Notes: generated by a model not told the origin, from the sequence alone. 64,000 nt of DNA from Flavobacteriaceae bacterium (GCA_029252345.1 JAQXBP010000088.1:71-64070), one strand, 5' to 3'. Positions 10,798 through 21,190 are shown, counted from the stretch's first letter. Translations and numbers: made by a program.

Positions 10798-11496
10798 ATG
10801 AAATCAAATAAAAAAATCTTACTAGTAGAAGATGATCCAAATTTTGGGAGAATCTTAAAGGATTATTTAACTATAAATAACTATGAAGTATCACTAGCTG
10901 TTAATGGTATAGAAGGATTTGAAAAATTTAATAGATCTGATTTTGATTTATGCATTCTTGATATAATGATGCCATTTAAGGATGGATTAACTCTTGCTAA
11001 AGAAATAAGAGAAGTAAATGAAATGATACCATTAATTTTTCTAACTGCAAAAAATTTAAAAGACGATGTTCTTAAAGGCTATAAAATAGGTGCAGATGAT
11101 TACTTGACAAAGCCTTTTGATTCAGAAATATTATTAGCTAAAATTAAATCTATTCTGAATAGAAAACCCAATGTAAACAAAGAAGAAACTGACACATTTG
11201 AGTTTGAATTTGGTGAGTTTAGTTTCAACTCAAAGCTTCGTATTTTAACTCATAAAGAGGGTAATTCTTTTAAGTTATCTCCAAAAGAAAACCAACTACT
11301 TAAAATGCTTGTTCTAAATTTTGACGACCTTCTCCCAAGAGACATTGCTTTGAATAAAATCTGGAGAGATGCAAATTATTTTACATCAAGAAGTATGGAT
11401 GTTTATATTGCAAAACTTAGAAAATACCTCGACAATGACCCCTCATTAAAAATAATTAATGTTCACGGAGAAGGATTCCGATTAACTAAAGAGTAG
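10798..11496 (+). CDS. OmpR/PhoB-type response regulator
   Basis: Receiver domain (LLVEDDP, phospho-acceptor context DLCILDIMMP, LTAK) plus a C-terminal winged-helix domain (MDVYIAKLRKYL). Confidence 0.9.
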   Translation: MKSNKKILLVEDDPNFGRILKDYLTINNYEVSLAVNGIEGFEKFNRSDFDLCILDIMMPFKDGLTLAKEIREVNEMIPLIFLTAKNLKDDVLKGYKIGADDYLTKPFDSEILLAKIKSILNRKPNVNKEETDTFEFEFGEFSFNSKLRILTHKEGNSFKLSPKENQLLKMLVLNFDDLLPRDIALNKIWRDANYFTSRSMDVYIAKLRKYLDNDPSLKIINVHGEGFRLTKE

Positions 11497-11500
11497 TTTT

Positions 11501-12406
11501 TTAAACTTTTTTATCCCCTCTTGGATGATATTTTTTTAAGACCTCTTCTAGATGATAGGTGTCTAAGTGTGTATAGATTTCAGTAGTAGTTATACTCTCA
11601 TGTCCAAGAATTAACTGAATTGTTCTCAAATCTGCACCATTTTTAAGCAAATGAGTTGCAAATGAATGTCTTAATGTGTGTGGGCTTATTTTCTTTTCTA
11701 AGATGACACTCTTTGAAGCATCACTTATTATTTTAAAAATCATTGACCTAGTTAGTCCTCTACCATATTTATTAAGAAATAATAGATCTGAAAACTTTGA
11801 ATCAATTTTTAATTTTTCTCTATGCTTTATATAAGTCTTAATTTCAGTAGAAGCAATTTGTCCTAATGGAACAAACCTTTCTTTATCTCCTTTTCCATTT
11901 ACTTTAAGAATATTTTCTTTAAAAAAAATATTTGATAATTTTAAATTTACCAGCTCTGTTACTCGAATCCCTGTTCCATATAAAACTTCTATTATCGTTT
12001 TATTTCGCTGACCAAATACATGATTTATATCAATTGATTTTATTAATTGATTAACCTCATCTTCTGTTAAGACTTCAGGAAGTTTTTTTTCTAGTTTTGG
12101 AGCTTCAATATTTGAGACTGGAGATTCTTTTATATATCCCTCAAAAATTAAATAATTAAAAAAACTTTTTAATGCTGATATACTTCTTGCTTGACTTCTT
12201 GATTTTTTATCTGATAAATTTTTATATAAATAATTTTTTATAGTTTCAGCTTTACAGTTAAGTGGAGAATCATTTATTTGATTTGAATCTAAAAATTTTT
12301 TAAATAAATTTAAATCAAAATCATAGCTTTTAATGGAGTTATCACTTAATCCTCTTTCTAATTTCAAATAATTTTTAAAATTCTCAAAGCCTGAATCCCA
12401 ATTCAT
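11501..12406 (-). CDS. xerD: Site-specific tyrosine recombinase XerD
   Basis: SAM-like N-domain (NYLKLERGLSDNSIKSYDFDL) and catalytic residues in TGIRVTEL, HTLRHSFATHLL and LGHESITTTEIYTH. Confidence 0.85.
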   Translation of the reverse strand: MNWDSGFENFKNYLKLERGLSDNSIKSYDFDLNLFKKFLDSNQINDSPLNCKAETIKNYLYKNLSDKKSRSQARSISALKSFFNYLIFEGYIKESPVSNIEAPKLEKKLPEVLTEDEVNQLIKSIDINHVFGQRNKTIIEVLYGTGIRVTELVNLKLSNIFFKENILKVNGKGDKERFVPLGQIASTEIKTYIKHREKLKIDSKFSDLLFLNKYGRGLTRSMIFKIISDASKSVILEKKISPHTLRHSFATHLLKNGADLRTIQLILGHESITTTEIYTHLDTYHLEEVLKKYHPRGDKKV

Positions 12407-12448
12407 TTTAATTTTTTAATTACTCTTTATGCGTTACCTTTATAATAT

Positions 12449-12862
12449 ATGAAAATAACGATAATTAATGGACCTAATTTAAATCTTCTAGGGACTAGAG
12501 AAACTGATATATATGGTAGTCAGAATTTTGAATCATATTTAAATTCACTTAAAGCTTCTTTTCCAAAAATTACAATTGATTATTTTCAATCAAATATTGA
12601 AGGCGAAATTATTAATTATATTCATGAATCTAAAGATTGTGATGGTATATTATTAAATGCTGCTGCATATACTCACACCTCTGTTGGAATTGCAGATGCT
12701 GTTAAATCAATTGACTGTAAAGTTATTGAGGTGCATATTTCAAATACTTATTCAAGAGAAGAGTTTAGACATAACTCCTTCTTGTCCCCTGTTGTAAATG
12801 GAATAATTATAGGTTTTGGTTTAGATAGTTACAGACTTGGACTCGAAAGCTTGATTAACTAA
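12449..12862 (+). CDS. aroQ: Type II 3-dehydroquinate dehydratase
   Basis: INGPNLNLLGTRETDIYG, NAAAYTHTSVGI and EVHISN motifs. 137 aa. Confidence 0.92.
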   Translation: MKITIINGPNLNLLGTRETDIYGSQNFESYLNSLKASFPKITIDYFQSNIEGEIINYIHESKDCDGILLNAAAYTHTSVGIADAVKSIDCKVIEVHISNTYSREEFRHNSFLSPVVNGIIIGFGLDSYRLGLESLIN

Positions 12863-14250
12863 AGATGTATCACTTCATCATATGCGTCTGCTACAGCCTC
12901 CATTAAAGCTTCACTCATTGTAGGATGAGGATGAACTGACTTTAAGATTTCTTTGCCTGTAGTTTCAAGTTTTCTACCTAAAACAGCTTCAGCAATCATA
13001 TCAGTTACACCAGCTCCAATCATATGACAGCCAAGCCACTCTCCATATTTTTCATCAAAAATTACTTTAACAAATCCTTCTGAATGTCCTGAAGCTTTAG
13101 CTTTACCTGAGGCTGTAAATGGAAATTTACCAACTTTTATACTATAACCCTTTTCAATAGCTTTTTCTTCTGTTAAACCAACAGAGGCAACTTCAGGGGC
13201 ACAATATGTACATCCTGGTATATTATCATAATCAATAGGCTCAACATCATGATTTGCAATTTTTTCAACACATAGAATTCCTTCAGCTGAGGCTACATGT
13301 GCAAGTGCTTGTCCTGAGGTTACATCACCAATAGCATAGTATCCAGGAATATTAGTTTGATAATATTCATCAACAATTATTTTGTCTTTATCTACTGCGA
13401 TACCAACTTCTTCTAATCCAATATTTTCAATATTACTTTTAACACCAACTGCAGAAAGTACAATATCTGCCTCGTGTTCAGAAATCTGACCTTTTGACTT
13501 AATCTGAACTTTAACACCTTTACCCTTTATATCTGATGAAATTACTTCAGAATTAGTTAGAATTTCAATTCCTGATTTTCTAAAGGTTTTATTTAATTGG
13601 CTTGAAACATCTTTATCTTCAACTGGTAAAACTCTATCCATATATTCAACTACTTTAACTTCAGTTCCCATAGAATTATAGAAGTAAGCAAATTCAATAC
13701 CTATAGCTCCAGATCCAACTATAATCATTTTTTTAGGTTGTTTCTGAAGAGTCATAGCTTCTCTGTATCCTATAATTTTTTTACCATCTTGAGGAATTGA
13801 CTCAATAACTCTTGACCTACCTCCAGTAGCTATTATAATATTATCTGCTTCATAATTTTCAGTCTTTCCATCGTTTTCAACTGATATAATTTTATTTGGA
13901 AGAATTTTACCATATCCATTAATAACATCAATTTTGTTTTTTTTCATCAAGAAGTTGACACCCTTGCTCATCCCGTCAGCTACACTTCTACTTCTTTTGA
14001 CAACAGAGTCAAAATCCTTGTCAAAATCCTTAATTTTTAATCCGTATGTTTCAGCTTTTTTTAGGTATTCAAATACTTGTGCAGATTTTAATAATGCTTT
14101 AGTTGGAATACATCCCCAATTAAGACATACACCACCAAGGCTTTCTTTTTCAATTATAGCAGTTTTTAAGCCTAACTGAGAGGCTCTTATGGCAGTTACA
14201 TAACCTCCAGGGCCACTACCTAGAACAACTAAATCATATTTTTTACTCAT
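12859..14250 (-). CDS. lpdA: Dihydrolipoyl dehydrogenase
   Basis: FAD site VLGSGPGGY, redox disulfide GGVCLNWGCIPTK, NAD site IVGSGAIGIEFA and interface HPHPTMSE. Confidence 0.92.
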   Translation of the reverse strand: MSKKYDLVVLGSGPGGYVTAIRASQLGLKTAIIEKESLGGVCLNWGCIPTKALLKSAQVFEYLKKAETYGLKIKDFDKDFDSVVKRSRSVADGMSKGVNFLMKKNKIDVINGYGKILPNKIISVENDGKTENYEADNIIIATGGRSRVIESIPQDGKKIIGYREAMTLQKQPKKMIIVGSGAIGIEFAYFYNSMGTEVKVVEYMDRVLPVEDKDVSSQLNKTFRKSGIEILTNSEVISSDIKGKGVKVQIKSKGQISEHEADIVLSAVGVKSNIENIGLEEVGIAVDKDKIIVDEYYQTNIPGYYAIGDVTSGQALAHVASAEGILCVEKIANHDVEPIDYDNIPGCTYCAPEVASVGLTEEKAIEKGYSIKVGKFPFTASGKAKASGHSEGFVKVIFDEKYGEWLGCHMIGAGVTDMIAEAVLGRKLETTGKEILKSVHPHPTMSEALMEAVADAYDEVIHL

Positions 14251-14734
14251 TTTTATTATTTATGAAATTAATACTTGCAGAATTTACACAATATCTTTTA
14301 CCTGTAGAAGTTGGTCCATCATCAAAAACATGACCCTGGTGTCCACCACAATTAGAACATAAGATCTCGGTCCTTATCATTCCTAAACTTGTATCTTTTT
14401 TATATGTAATAGCTCCAGGAATAGCACTTTCATAACTTGGCCATCCACAATCAGACATAAACTTATTATTGCTCTTAAAAAGTGCTTGTCCACATCCTTT
14501 ACATGCATAAACTCCTTCTTCGAAGTGCATGTTATATATTCCTGTATTTGGTCTCTCAGTTCCTTTATTTCTCAGAATTTCAAATTCTTCAGGGGAAAGT
14601 TCTTCTTTCCATTCATTATCAGTTTTATTCACCTTAAAAGTTATTTTAGTTTCTTTATTATCATTAGAAGTTTGACAATTTAATAGGGATAAGCTAAAAA
14701 ATATGACTCCAAATAAGTGTATTTTATTGTACAT
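14243..14734 (-). CDS. msrB: Peptide-methionine (R)-S-oxide reductase MsrB with N-terminal signal/lipoprotein-like sequence
   Basis: SelR domain with two CxxC zinc motifs (CKGC, CSNC) and catalytic RYCVNS. N-terminus MYNKIHLFGVIFFSLSLLNCQTS. Confidence 0.9.
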   Translation of the reverse strand: MYNKIHLFGVIFFSLSLLNCQTSNDNKETKITFKVNKTDNEWKEELSPEEFEILRNKGTERPNTGIYNMHFEEGVYACKGCGQALFKSNNKFMSDCGWPSYESAIPGAITYKKDTSLGMIRTEILCSNCGGHQGHVFDDGPTSTGKRYCVNSASINFINNKNE

Positions 14735-14746
14735 CTATTTTTTTAA

Positions 14747-14754
14747 CAAATATA
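14747..14754 (-). promoter_or_regulatory. Candidate Bacteroidota -7 promoter box (TATATTTG) for msrB-lpdA
   Basis: Exact TAnnTTTG match on the minus strand, 12 nt upstream of the msrB ATG. Confidence 0.35.
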
Positions 14755-14799
14755 TATATCTTTTAATTTATTTGCTTAATTTGACAATCATTTAAATTT

Positions 14800-16119
14800 A
14801 TGTTTAATAAAAAAACTGACCATCCTAGAGGTAGTAAAAAACTAATAGGTGCTTGGACTCTTTATGACTGGGCTAATTCTGTATATTCTCTAGTTATATC
14901 CTCTGCTATTTTTCCTATTTATTATTCTCAATATATTTTTTCAGATACTAATAGTGTTATGTTTTTTGATTTAGATATTAATAAAGACACTCTTATTAGT
15001 TCAGTTTCAGGTCTTTCTTTTTTATTGATTGCTTTCCTTTCACCATTGCTAAGTGGAATAGCAGACTATATTGGTAATAAAAAAATATTCATGAAGTTTT
15101 TTGTCTACATGGGTTCTCTATCATGTATAAGTTTATATTGGTTTGAATTAGAGACAATTGAAATTAGTTTATTCTTTTACGTTTTAGCTTTAATAGGATA
15201 TTGGGGGAGTTTAGTTTATTATAATTCGTACTTAACAGATATTACATTCGCTAAACAAACTAATAACGTTAGTGCTAGAGGTTTTGCTATGGGCTATATA
15301 GGAAGCGTAATTCTACTTTTAGTGAATCTTATAATGATTAATTTTTACGAATCATTTGGGTTTGATTCTGAGATATATGCTATGAAGTTTTCATTTGCAA
15401 TTGTTGGTCTTTGGTGGTTAGGTTTTAGTCAATATTCTTTTTATCACTTACCAAGAGGTAATAAAGGAGTAAAGATTCCAAAAAATATTATTTGGAATGG
15501 ATTTAAGGAGCTAAAAAATGTATATAAATATATTCGATCAAGTAAAAGATTTACAAGATTTCTATTAGCTTTTTTTATTTTTTCATTCTCTTTACAAACA
15601 GTTTTATACATAGCATCTTATTTTGGTGTAAATGAAATTGACTGGACTGGATCAGATCAAACATCAGGTCTAATTATTAGTATTTTACTTATCCAAATTG
15701 TCGCAATTGGTGGAGCCTATTTATTTACAAGGCTAGCAAAAAAATTCGGTAATATTTTGGTTTTAACCTTTGCTATTTTTTTATGGGGTGCAGTGTGTCT
15801 TTATGCTTATTATATCAAAACTCCAACGGAATTTTATATGATAGCTGGACTTGTAGGTCTTTTAATGGGAGGGACTCAGCCTATCGCTAGAGCTACATTC
15901 TCTTTATTTATCCCTAAAACTAAGGATACAACCTCATTTTTCAGTTTTTACGATGTTACAGAAAAAATAGGAATAGTATTTGGTATGCTTTTTTATGCTA
16001 TTGCTGCTCAAATTACAGGTTCTGTAAGATTTTCTGTAATAATATTTATGTTCTTCTTCTTCTTAGGAGCAATTCTTCTTACTAGAGTTCCTAGAATAGA
16101 TAAAAATAAGTTGGCATAG
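14800..16119 (+). CDS. MFS transporter, UMF1/Atg22-like family
   Basis: About 12 hydrophobic segments. The N-terminal WTLYDWANSVYSLVISSAIFPIYY is typical of UMF1-family MFS permeases. Confidence 0.75.
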   Translation: MFNKKTDHPRGSKKLIGAWTLYDWANSVYSLVISSAIFPIYYSQYIFSDTNSVMFFDLDINKDTLISSVSGLSFLLIAFLSPLLSGIADYIGNKKIFMKFFVYMGSLSCISLYWFELETIEISLFFYVLALIGYWGSLVYYNSYLTDITFAKQTNNVSARGFAMGYIGSVILLLVNLIMINFYESFGFDSEIYAMKFSFAIVGLWWLGFSQYSFYHLPRGNKGVKIPKNIIWNGFKELKNVYKYIRSSKRFTRFLLAFFIFSFSLQTVLYIASYFGVNEIDWTGSDQTSGLIISILLIQIVAIGGAYLFTRLAKKFGNILVLTFAIFLWGAVCLYAYYIKTPTEFYMIAGLVGLLMGGTQPIARATFSLFIPKTKDTTSFFSFYDVTEKIGIVFGMLFYAIAAQITGSVRFSVIIFMFFFFLGAILLTRVPRIDKNKLA

Positions 16120-16210
16120 GTTTTGTCCATATATACATGTAATAGTTATAACTACTAGATTAATATTTAATTGTTTTTAGTTTATGACAAAATGACTGTA
16201 ATAATAGCTT

Positions 16211-18661
16211 ATGAGTATTATTTTTAATAATATAGACAAAATGTCATTTGATGATCTTGGCGAAGAATCAGAATTCATTCCCTTAATGACATCTGAAGAC
16301 GAAGAGGCACTTGAAAAAGAAAGTATTCCTGAGGTTCTTCCCATACTACCTTTAACAAATACTGTTTTGTTTCCTGGTGTTGTTATTCCTATAAATGCTG
16401 GTAGGGATAAGTCAATAAAATTGATCAATGATGCTAACAAATCAAATAAATTAATTGGGGTTGTAGCTCAAAAAAATTCTAAAACAGAGAATCCAACTAT
16501 TGAGAATATTTTTGCTATTGGGACTGTTGCTAAAATATTAAGAGTTTTAAAAATGCCAGATGGAAATACAACAGTTATAATTCAAGGTAAAAAAAGGTTT
16601 AAAATAAAGTCTGTTGTTAAAACAGATCCATATATTCAGGCAACTATAGATCCAGTTTCAGACAAGAGTCAAAAGCAATCAGATAGTAAATTTTCAGCTA
16701 CAATAGATGCAATTAAGGATATAGCACTTAAAATAATTAAGGAAAACCCCAATATTCCTTCTGAAGCTTCCTTTGCAATTAAAAATATTCATAGTTCAGC
16801 TTTTTTAATAAATTTTGTTTGCTCTAATATGAACATAACTCTTAAAGATAAGCAGGAATTACTATCTAGTATTAATGTTGAAAAAAGAGCTCTTAAATGT
16901 TTAAAGTTCTTAAATGTTGAATACGAGAAGCTAGCTTTAAAAAATGATATTCAATCTAAGGTAAAAAATGACTTAGACCAACAACAACGAGAGTATTATC
17001 TTCAACAGCAGATGAAGACCATACAAGAAGAGCTAGGAGATAACTCTTATCAGGAAGATGTGCAGGAGTTAATTGGCAAATCAAAAAATAAACAATGGAA
17101 TAAAGAAACCAAAGATCATTTTGATAAAGAACTTTCTAAATTAAAGAGAATGAACTCTCAAGTAGCTGAGTATTCTGTTCAAAGAAATTATCTTGATTTA
17201 CTAGTTGATCTGCCTTGGGAAAAATTTTCTGAAGATAATTTTGATTTAACTAAAGCTCAAAAGATTCTAGATAGAGATCATTTTGGACTTGAAGATGTCA
17301 AAAAAAGAATTATTGAGTATTTAGCAGTTCTTAAACTAAGAAGTGATATGAAATCTCCTATTCTTTGTTTGTATGGCCCTCCTGGAGTTGGAAAAACTTC
17401 ACTTGGTAAGTCTATTGCAAAATCTATTAATAGAGAATATGTAAGAGTATCTCTGGGGGGGTTAAGAGATGAAGCAGAAATAAGAGGCCATAGAAAAACA
17501 TATATAGGTGCTATGCCGGGTAGAATTATTCAAAGTATTAGAAAATCAGGCACTTCAAATCCAGTATTTGTTTTAGATGAAATAGATAAAATCTCTAGTG
17601 GATCTCAAGGTGATCCAAGTTCAGCATTATTGGAGCTATTAGATCCAGAACAGAATAATTCTTTTCATGATAATTTCTTGGAAGTCGGATATGATCTCTC
17701 AAAAGTTATGTTTATTGCTACCGCTAACAACTTATCATCAATGCATCCTGCATTATTGGATAGAATGGAGCTAATAAATGTATCAGGATACACAACAGAA
17801 GAAAAATCTTCAATTGCTTCAAAATTTTTGATTAAGAAACAATTATTAGACCATGGTATGAAGATTAATGATTTTAAAATCAACAATCAAACATTGAAGG
17901 ATATTATAAGTGGTTACACAAGAGAATCAGGTGTTAGAAATTTAGAAAAACAGATTGCAAAATTAATAAGAAATAGAGCAAAAAATATAGTCTCTAAAAC
18001 TAAACTTAATGATACTAAAGATGTTAATTATTTAAAAAACGTTCTAGGTCCTAAAAAATTCTTTAGAGATAAATATGAAAATAATTCAGTAGCAGGAGTT
18101 GTTACCGGATTAGCTTGGACTTCTGTTGGTGGTGAAATTTTATTTATTGAATCATCAATTTCTGATGGAAAAGGGAATCTTTCAATTACAGGAAACCTAG
18201 GTAAAATCATGAAAGAGTCTGCTATTATTGCTCTTGAATATATAAAATCAAACTACAGTATACTAGGAGTTAATAAGGACTTAGATTATTCAAAATATAA
18301 CATACATATTCATGTTCCTGAAGGAGCAACTCCAAAAGATGGACCTAGTGCTGGTATTACTATTTTAACCTCATTAGTGTCATTGTTTACTCAAAAAAGA
18401 GTAAAGAAGAACATAGCTATGACTGGAGAGATTACTTTAAGAGGTAAAGTGTTACCTGTAGGGGGAATTAAAGAGAAGATTTTAGCTGCGAAAAGAGCTA
18501 ATATTAAAGAAATTATTTTAAGTTCATATAACAAAAAAGACATAGATGAAATTAACAAGAAATATCTTAAAGGAGTAAATTTTATTTATGTAGATTCAAT
18601 GACTGAGGTTATTGACAATGCATTAACTAACAGAAAAGTTTTAAACCCTAAAGTAATTTGA
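16211..18661 (+). CDS. lon: ATP-dependent Lon protease
   Basis: Lon N-domain, Walker A GPPGVGKTS, Walker B VFVLDEIDK, catalytic Ser in PKDGPSAGITI and Lys in GEITLRGKVLPVGGIKEK. Confidence 0.96.
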   Translation: MSIIFNNIDKMSFDDLGEESEFIPLMTSEDEEALEKESIPEVLPILPLTNTVLFPGVVIPINAGRDKSIKLINDANKSNKLIGVVAQKNSKTENPTIENIFAIGTVAKILRVLKMPDGNTTVIIQGKKRFKIKSVVKTDPYIQATIDPVSDKSQKQSDSKFSATIDAIKDIALKIIKENPNIPSEASFAIKNIHSSAFLINFVCSNMNITLKDKQELLSSINVEKRALKCLKFLNVEYEKLALKNDIQSKVKNDLDQQQREYYLQQQMKTIQEELGDNSYQEDVQELIGKSKNKQWNKETKDHFDKELSKLKRMNSQVAEYSVQRNYLDLLVDLPWEKFSEDNFDLTKAQKILDRDHFGLEDVKKRIIEYLAVLKLRSDMKSPILCLYGPPGVGKTSLGKSIAKSINREYVRVSLGGLRDEAEIRGHRKTYIGAMPGRIIQSIRKSGTSNPVFVLDEIDKISSGSQGDPSSALLELLDPEQNNSFHDNFLEVGYDLSKVMFIATANNLSSMHPALLDRMELINVSGYTTEEKSSIASKFLIKKQLLDHGMKINDFKINNQTLKDIISGYTRESGVRNLEKQIAKLIRNRAKNIVSKTKLNDTKDVNYLKNVLGPKKFFRDKYENNSVAGVVTGLAWTSVGGEILFIESSISDGKGNLSITGNLGKIMKESAIIALEYIKSNYSILGVNKDLDYSKYNIHIHVPEGATPKDGPSAGITILTSLVSLFTQKRVKKNIAMTGEITLRGKVLPVGGIKEKILAAKRANIKEIILSSYNKKDIDEINKKYLKGVNFIYVDSMTEVIDNALTNRKVLNPKVI

Positions 18662-18662
18662 T

Positions 18663-19319
18663 TTGAAACCAGTAATTATAGCTATTGATGGAGAAGCTTC
18701 AACAGGAAAGAGTACTCAGGCTAAAAAAATTGCTAAAGAGCTTGACTATAATTATCGTGATTCAGGAGCTTATTATAGAGCAATAACATTATACTGTCTT
18801 CAGAATAATATTAACTCAAATGATGATATTAGTCAAAGTATTCTTAAACAAATATCTATCGAGCAGTTATATAAAGACAAAAAACTAATTATCTCGCTTA
18901 ATGGTAATGATGTCAGTGAGAAAATTAGAGGATATAAAGTTTCTGTAAATGTTAGTAACTATGCAAAAAACCCTTTAATAAGAGACTTTGTCAAAGATCA
19001 ATTAAGAAGTTCTGCGATATCTAGCTCACTTGTTTTGGATGGAAGAGATATAGGTACAGTAGTTTTTCCCAACGCTACATTTAAATTTTTCCTTCTAGCT
19101 GACCCAAAAATAAGAGCAGAAAGACGGCTTAAACAAATTAATGACAAATCAGTAAAGTTAGAATCTATCGAAAAAGAGATTAAGTCAAGAGATCATATAG
19201 ATTCAACAAGAAAAATTGCACCTCTTAAAAAAGCAGATGATGCATTTGAAATAGATGTTACTCATCTTACTATAGAAGAGGTTTTCAATAAAATACTTTC
19301 TAAAATAAATTCTAAGTAG
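18663..19319 (+). CDS. cmk: Cytidylate kinase
   Basis: P-loop IAIDGEASTGKST and DGRDIGTVVFP. TTG start 2 nt after the lon stop. Confidence 0.88.
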   Translation: MKPVIIAIDGEASTGKSTQAKKIAKELDYNYRDSGAYYRAITLYCLQNNINSNDDISQSILKQISIEQLYKDKKLIISLNGNDVSEKIRGYKVSVNVSNYAKNPLIRDFVKDQLRSSAISSSLVLDGRDIGTVVFPNATFKFFLLADPKIRAERRLKQINDKSVKLESIEKEIKSRDHIDSTRKIAPLKKADDAFEIDVTHLTIEEVFNKILSKINSK

Positions 19320-19334
19320 ATAAAAAACTGAACT

Positions 19335-19342
19335 TAGTTTTG
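19335..19342 (+). promoter_or_regulatory. Candidate Bacteroidota -7 promoter box (TAGTTTTG) for rpsA
   Basis: Exact TAnnTTTG match, 33 nt upstream of the rpsA ATG. Confidence 0.35.
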
Positions 19343-19375
19343 CCAATAACTTAATTAATTATATTTTTGCGCACT

Positions 19376-21154
19376 ATGAGTGAAGAAAATACTGCAAATA
19401 CTAACATTGAGGAGACTGAAAAGTCAGTCAAGTCTACAACAGCTAAAGCTAAGAAAAAGGCTGTTCCTCAGGATGATTTTTTAACAAACTTTAATTGGCA
19501 TCAATACCAAGAGGGAATTGATGAACTAGATGATAAGCAAATCAAGGAATTTGAAAAGCTTGTCGAGAAGAATTTTGTTGATACATCTGATGATAACATA
19601 ATTGAAGGAGAGGTTATTCATTTGACTGATAAAGACATTATAATTGATATTAATGCTAAATCAGAAGGAGTAATCTCAAAAAATGAGTTTAGATATAATC
19701 CCGACCTTAAAATTGGTGATAAAGTCGAAGTTATAGTTGATACTAGAGAAGATAAGTCAGGTCAACTAGTTTTATCTCACAGAAAAGCTAGAGTGATTAA
19801 AGCTTGGGATAGAGTAAATGAAGCCCATGATAAAGGAGATATCGTTCAAGGTTTTGTCAAGTGTAGAACTAAAGGGGGAATGATTGTTGATGTTTTTGGA
19901 ATTGAGGCATTCTTACCAGGTTCTCAGATTGATGTAAAACCCATAAGGGATTATGATCAGTATACCAACAAAAACATGGATTTTAAAGTTGTTAAAATCA
20001 ATCACGAATTTAAGAATGTTGTTGTTTCTCACAAAGCTCTTATAGAAGCTGATATTGAAGAACAAAAAAAGGGTATTATTAGTCAACTTGAAAAAGGACA
20101 GGTTCTTGAGGGAACTGTTAAAAATATGACTTCTTATGGAGTATTTATTGATTTAGGTGGTGTTGATGGTCTTATTCATATTACAGACTTATCATGGAGC
20201 AGAATTAATCACCCAAGTGAAATTCTTGAACTAGATCAAACTATCAAGGTAGTTATTTTAGACTTTGACGATGATAAATCAAAGATTCAACTTGGACTTA
20301 AACAATTAACTCAACATCCTTGGGATAAGTTAGGTGATGACGTAAAAGAAGGATCAAAAGTAACAGGTAAAGTTGTTGTTATAGCTGATTATGGTGCCTT
20401 TATTGAAATCGATGAAGGTATCGAAGGGTTAGTTCATGTATCTGAGATGTCATGGTCAACTCATCTTAGAAGTGCTCAAGACTTTGTAAATGTTGGAGAT
20501 AATATTGAAGCGATTGTTCTTAATCTTGACAGAGAATCTAGAAAGATGTCTTTAGGTATGAAACAATTATCTGAGGATCCATGGACAGATATTACAAAGA
20601 AATTTCCAATAGGTTCAAATCATACAGGTTCTGTTAGAAATTTTACAAATTTTGGAGTTTTTATTGAACTTGAAGAAGGTATAGATGGTCTGATTTATAT
20701 TTCTGATCTTTCTTGGACAAAAAAAATAAAGCATCCTTCTGAGTTCTTATCTCTTGAAGATAAAATTGAAGTAGTCATACTTGACTTAGATGTAGATGGA
20801 AGAAAACTTAGTTTAGGTCATAAACAGACTAAACCAAACCCATGGGATGTTTATGAAAAAGATTTTGCTTTGGATACTATTCATAAATCTGAAATATCTG
20901 AAGTTATAGAAAAAGGAGCTATTATAAACTTTAATGAGGATATCTCAGCTTTTTGCCCTACTAGACATTTAGATAAAAAAGATGGTTCTAAATTAGCTGA
21001 AGGAGAAACTGCTGAATTCAAAGTAATAGAGTTTAGTAAAGAATTTAAAAGAGTTGTTGTGTCTCACATGCAAACTCATAATGATTCATCCCCTGAAAAA
21101 ATTGTTGAAGAAAAAGTCAAGGAAAAAAAATCCAAGAAAAAAGATGAAGAATAA
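19376..21154 (+). CDS. rpsA: 30S ribosomal protein S1
   Basis: Six tandem S1 repeats (G.V......G.FIDLGG.DGL.H.S..SW) and a Lys/Glu-rich tail. Start taken at ATG 19376 rather than TTG 19367. Confidence 0.95.
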   Translation: MSEENTANTNIEETEKSVKSTTAKAKKKAVPQDDFLTNFNWHQYQEGIDELDDKQIKEFEKLVEKNFVDTSDDNIIEGEVIHLTDKDIIIDINAKSEGVISKNEFRYNPDLKIGDKVEVIVDTREDKSGQLVLSHRKARVIKAWDRVNEAHDKGDIVQGFVKCRTKGGMIVDVFGIEAFLPGSQIDVKPIRDYDQYTNKNMDFKVVKINHEFKNVVVSHKALIEADIEEQKKGIISQLEKGQVLEGTVKNMTSYGVFIDLGGVDGLIHITDLSWSRINHPSEILELDQTIKVVILDFDDDKSKIQLGLKQLTQHPWDKLGDDVKEGSKVTGKVVVIADYGAFIEIDEGIEGLVHVSEMSWSTHLRSAQDFVNVGDNIEAIVLNLDRESRKMSLGMKQLSEDPWTDITKKFPIGSNHTGSVRNFTNFGVFIELEEGIDGLIYISDLSWTKKIKHPSEFLSLEDKIEVVILDLDVDGRKLSLGHKQTKPNPWDVYEKDFALDTIHKSEISEVIEKGAIINFNEDISAFCPTRHLDKKDGSKLAEGETAEFKVIEFSKEFKRVVVSHMQTHNDSSPEKIVEEKVKEKKSKKKDEE

Positions 21155-21161
21155 ATTTTTA

Positions 21162-21190
21162 AATCCTCAATTTTTGAGGATTTTTTTTTA
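21162..21190 (+). terminator. Rho-independent terminator after rpsA
   Basis: AATCCTCAA-TTT-TTGAGGATT hairpin followed by a T8 run, 8 nt after the rpsA stop. Confidence 0.75.

Noticed and set aside
11501-12406. Tyrosine recombinase as a possible marker of an integrated mobile element
   Set aside because: The sequence has the XerD-type N-domain and the HTLRHSFATHLL...LGHESITTTEIYTH C-terminus. It sits between a two-component system and aroQ, with no phage, transposon or att-like features. It is the housekeeping dimer-resolution recombinase.
16143-16154. Perfect 12-nt palindrome TAGTTATAACTA upstream of lon, considered as an operator or heat-shock element
   Set aside because: At this base composition the chance of complementarity per pair is about 0.29. 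That predicts tens of 12-nt perfect palindromes by chance in 64 kb. It does not resemble CIRCE or any other known element.
21162-21190. Hairpin upstream of pyrR, considered as a PyrR-controlled attenuator
   Set aside because: It lies upstream of the candidate pyrR promoter box and directly after the rpsA stop. Its loop and stem do not resemble the PyrR-binding motif (ARUCCAGAGAGGYU). It is best explained as the rpsA terminator.
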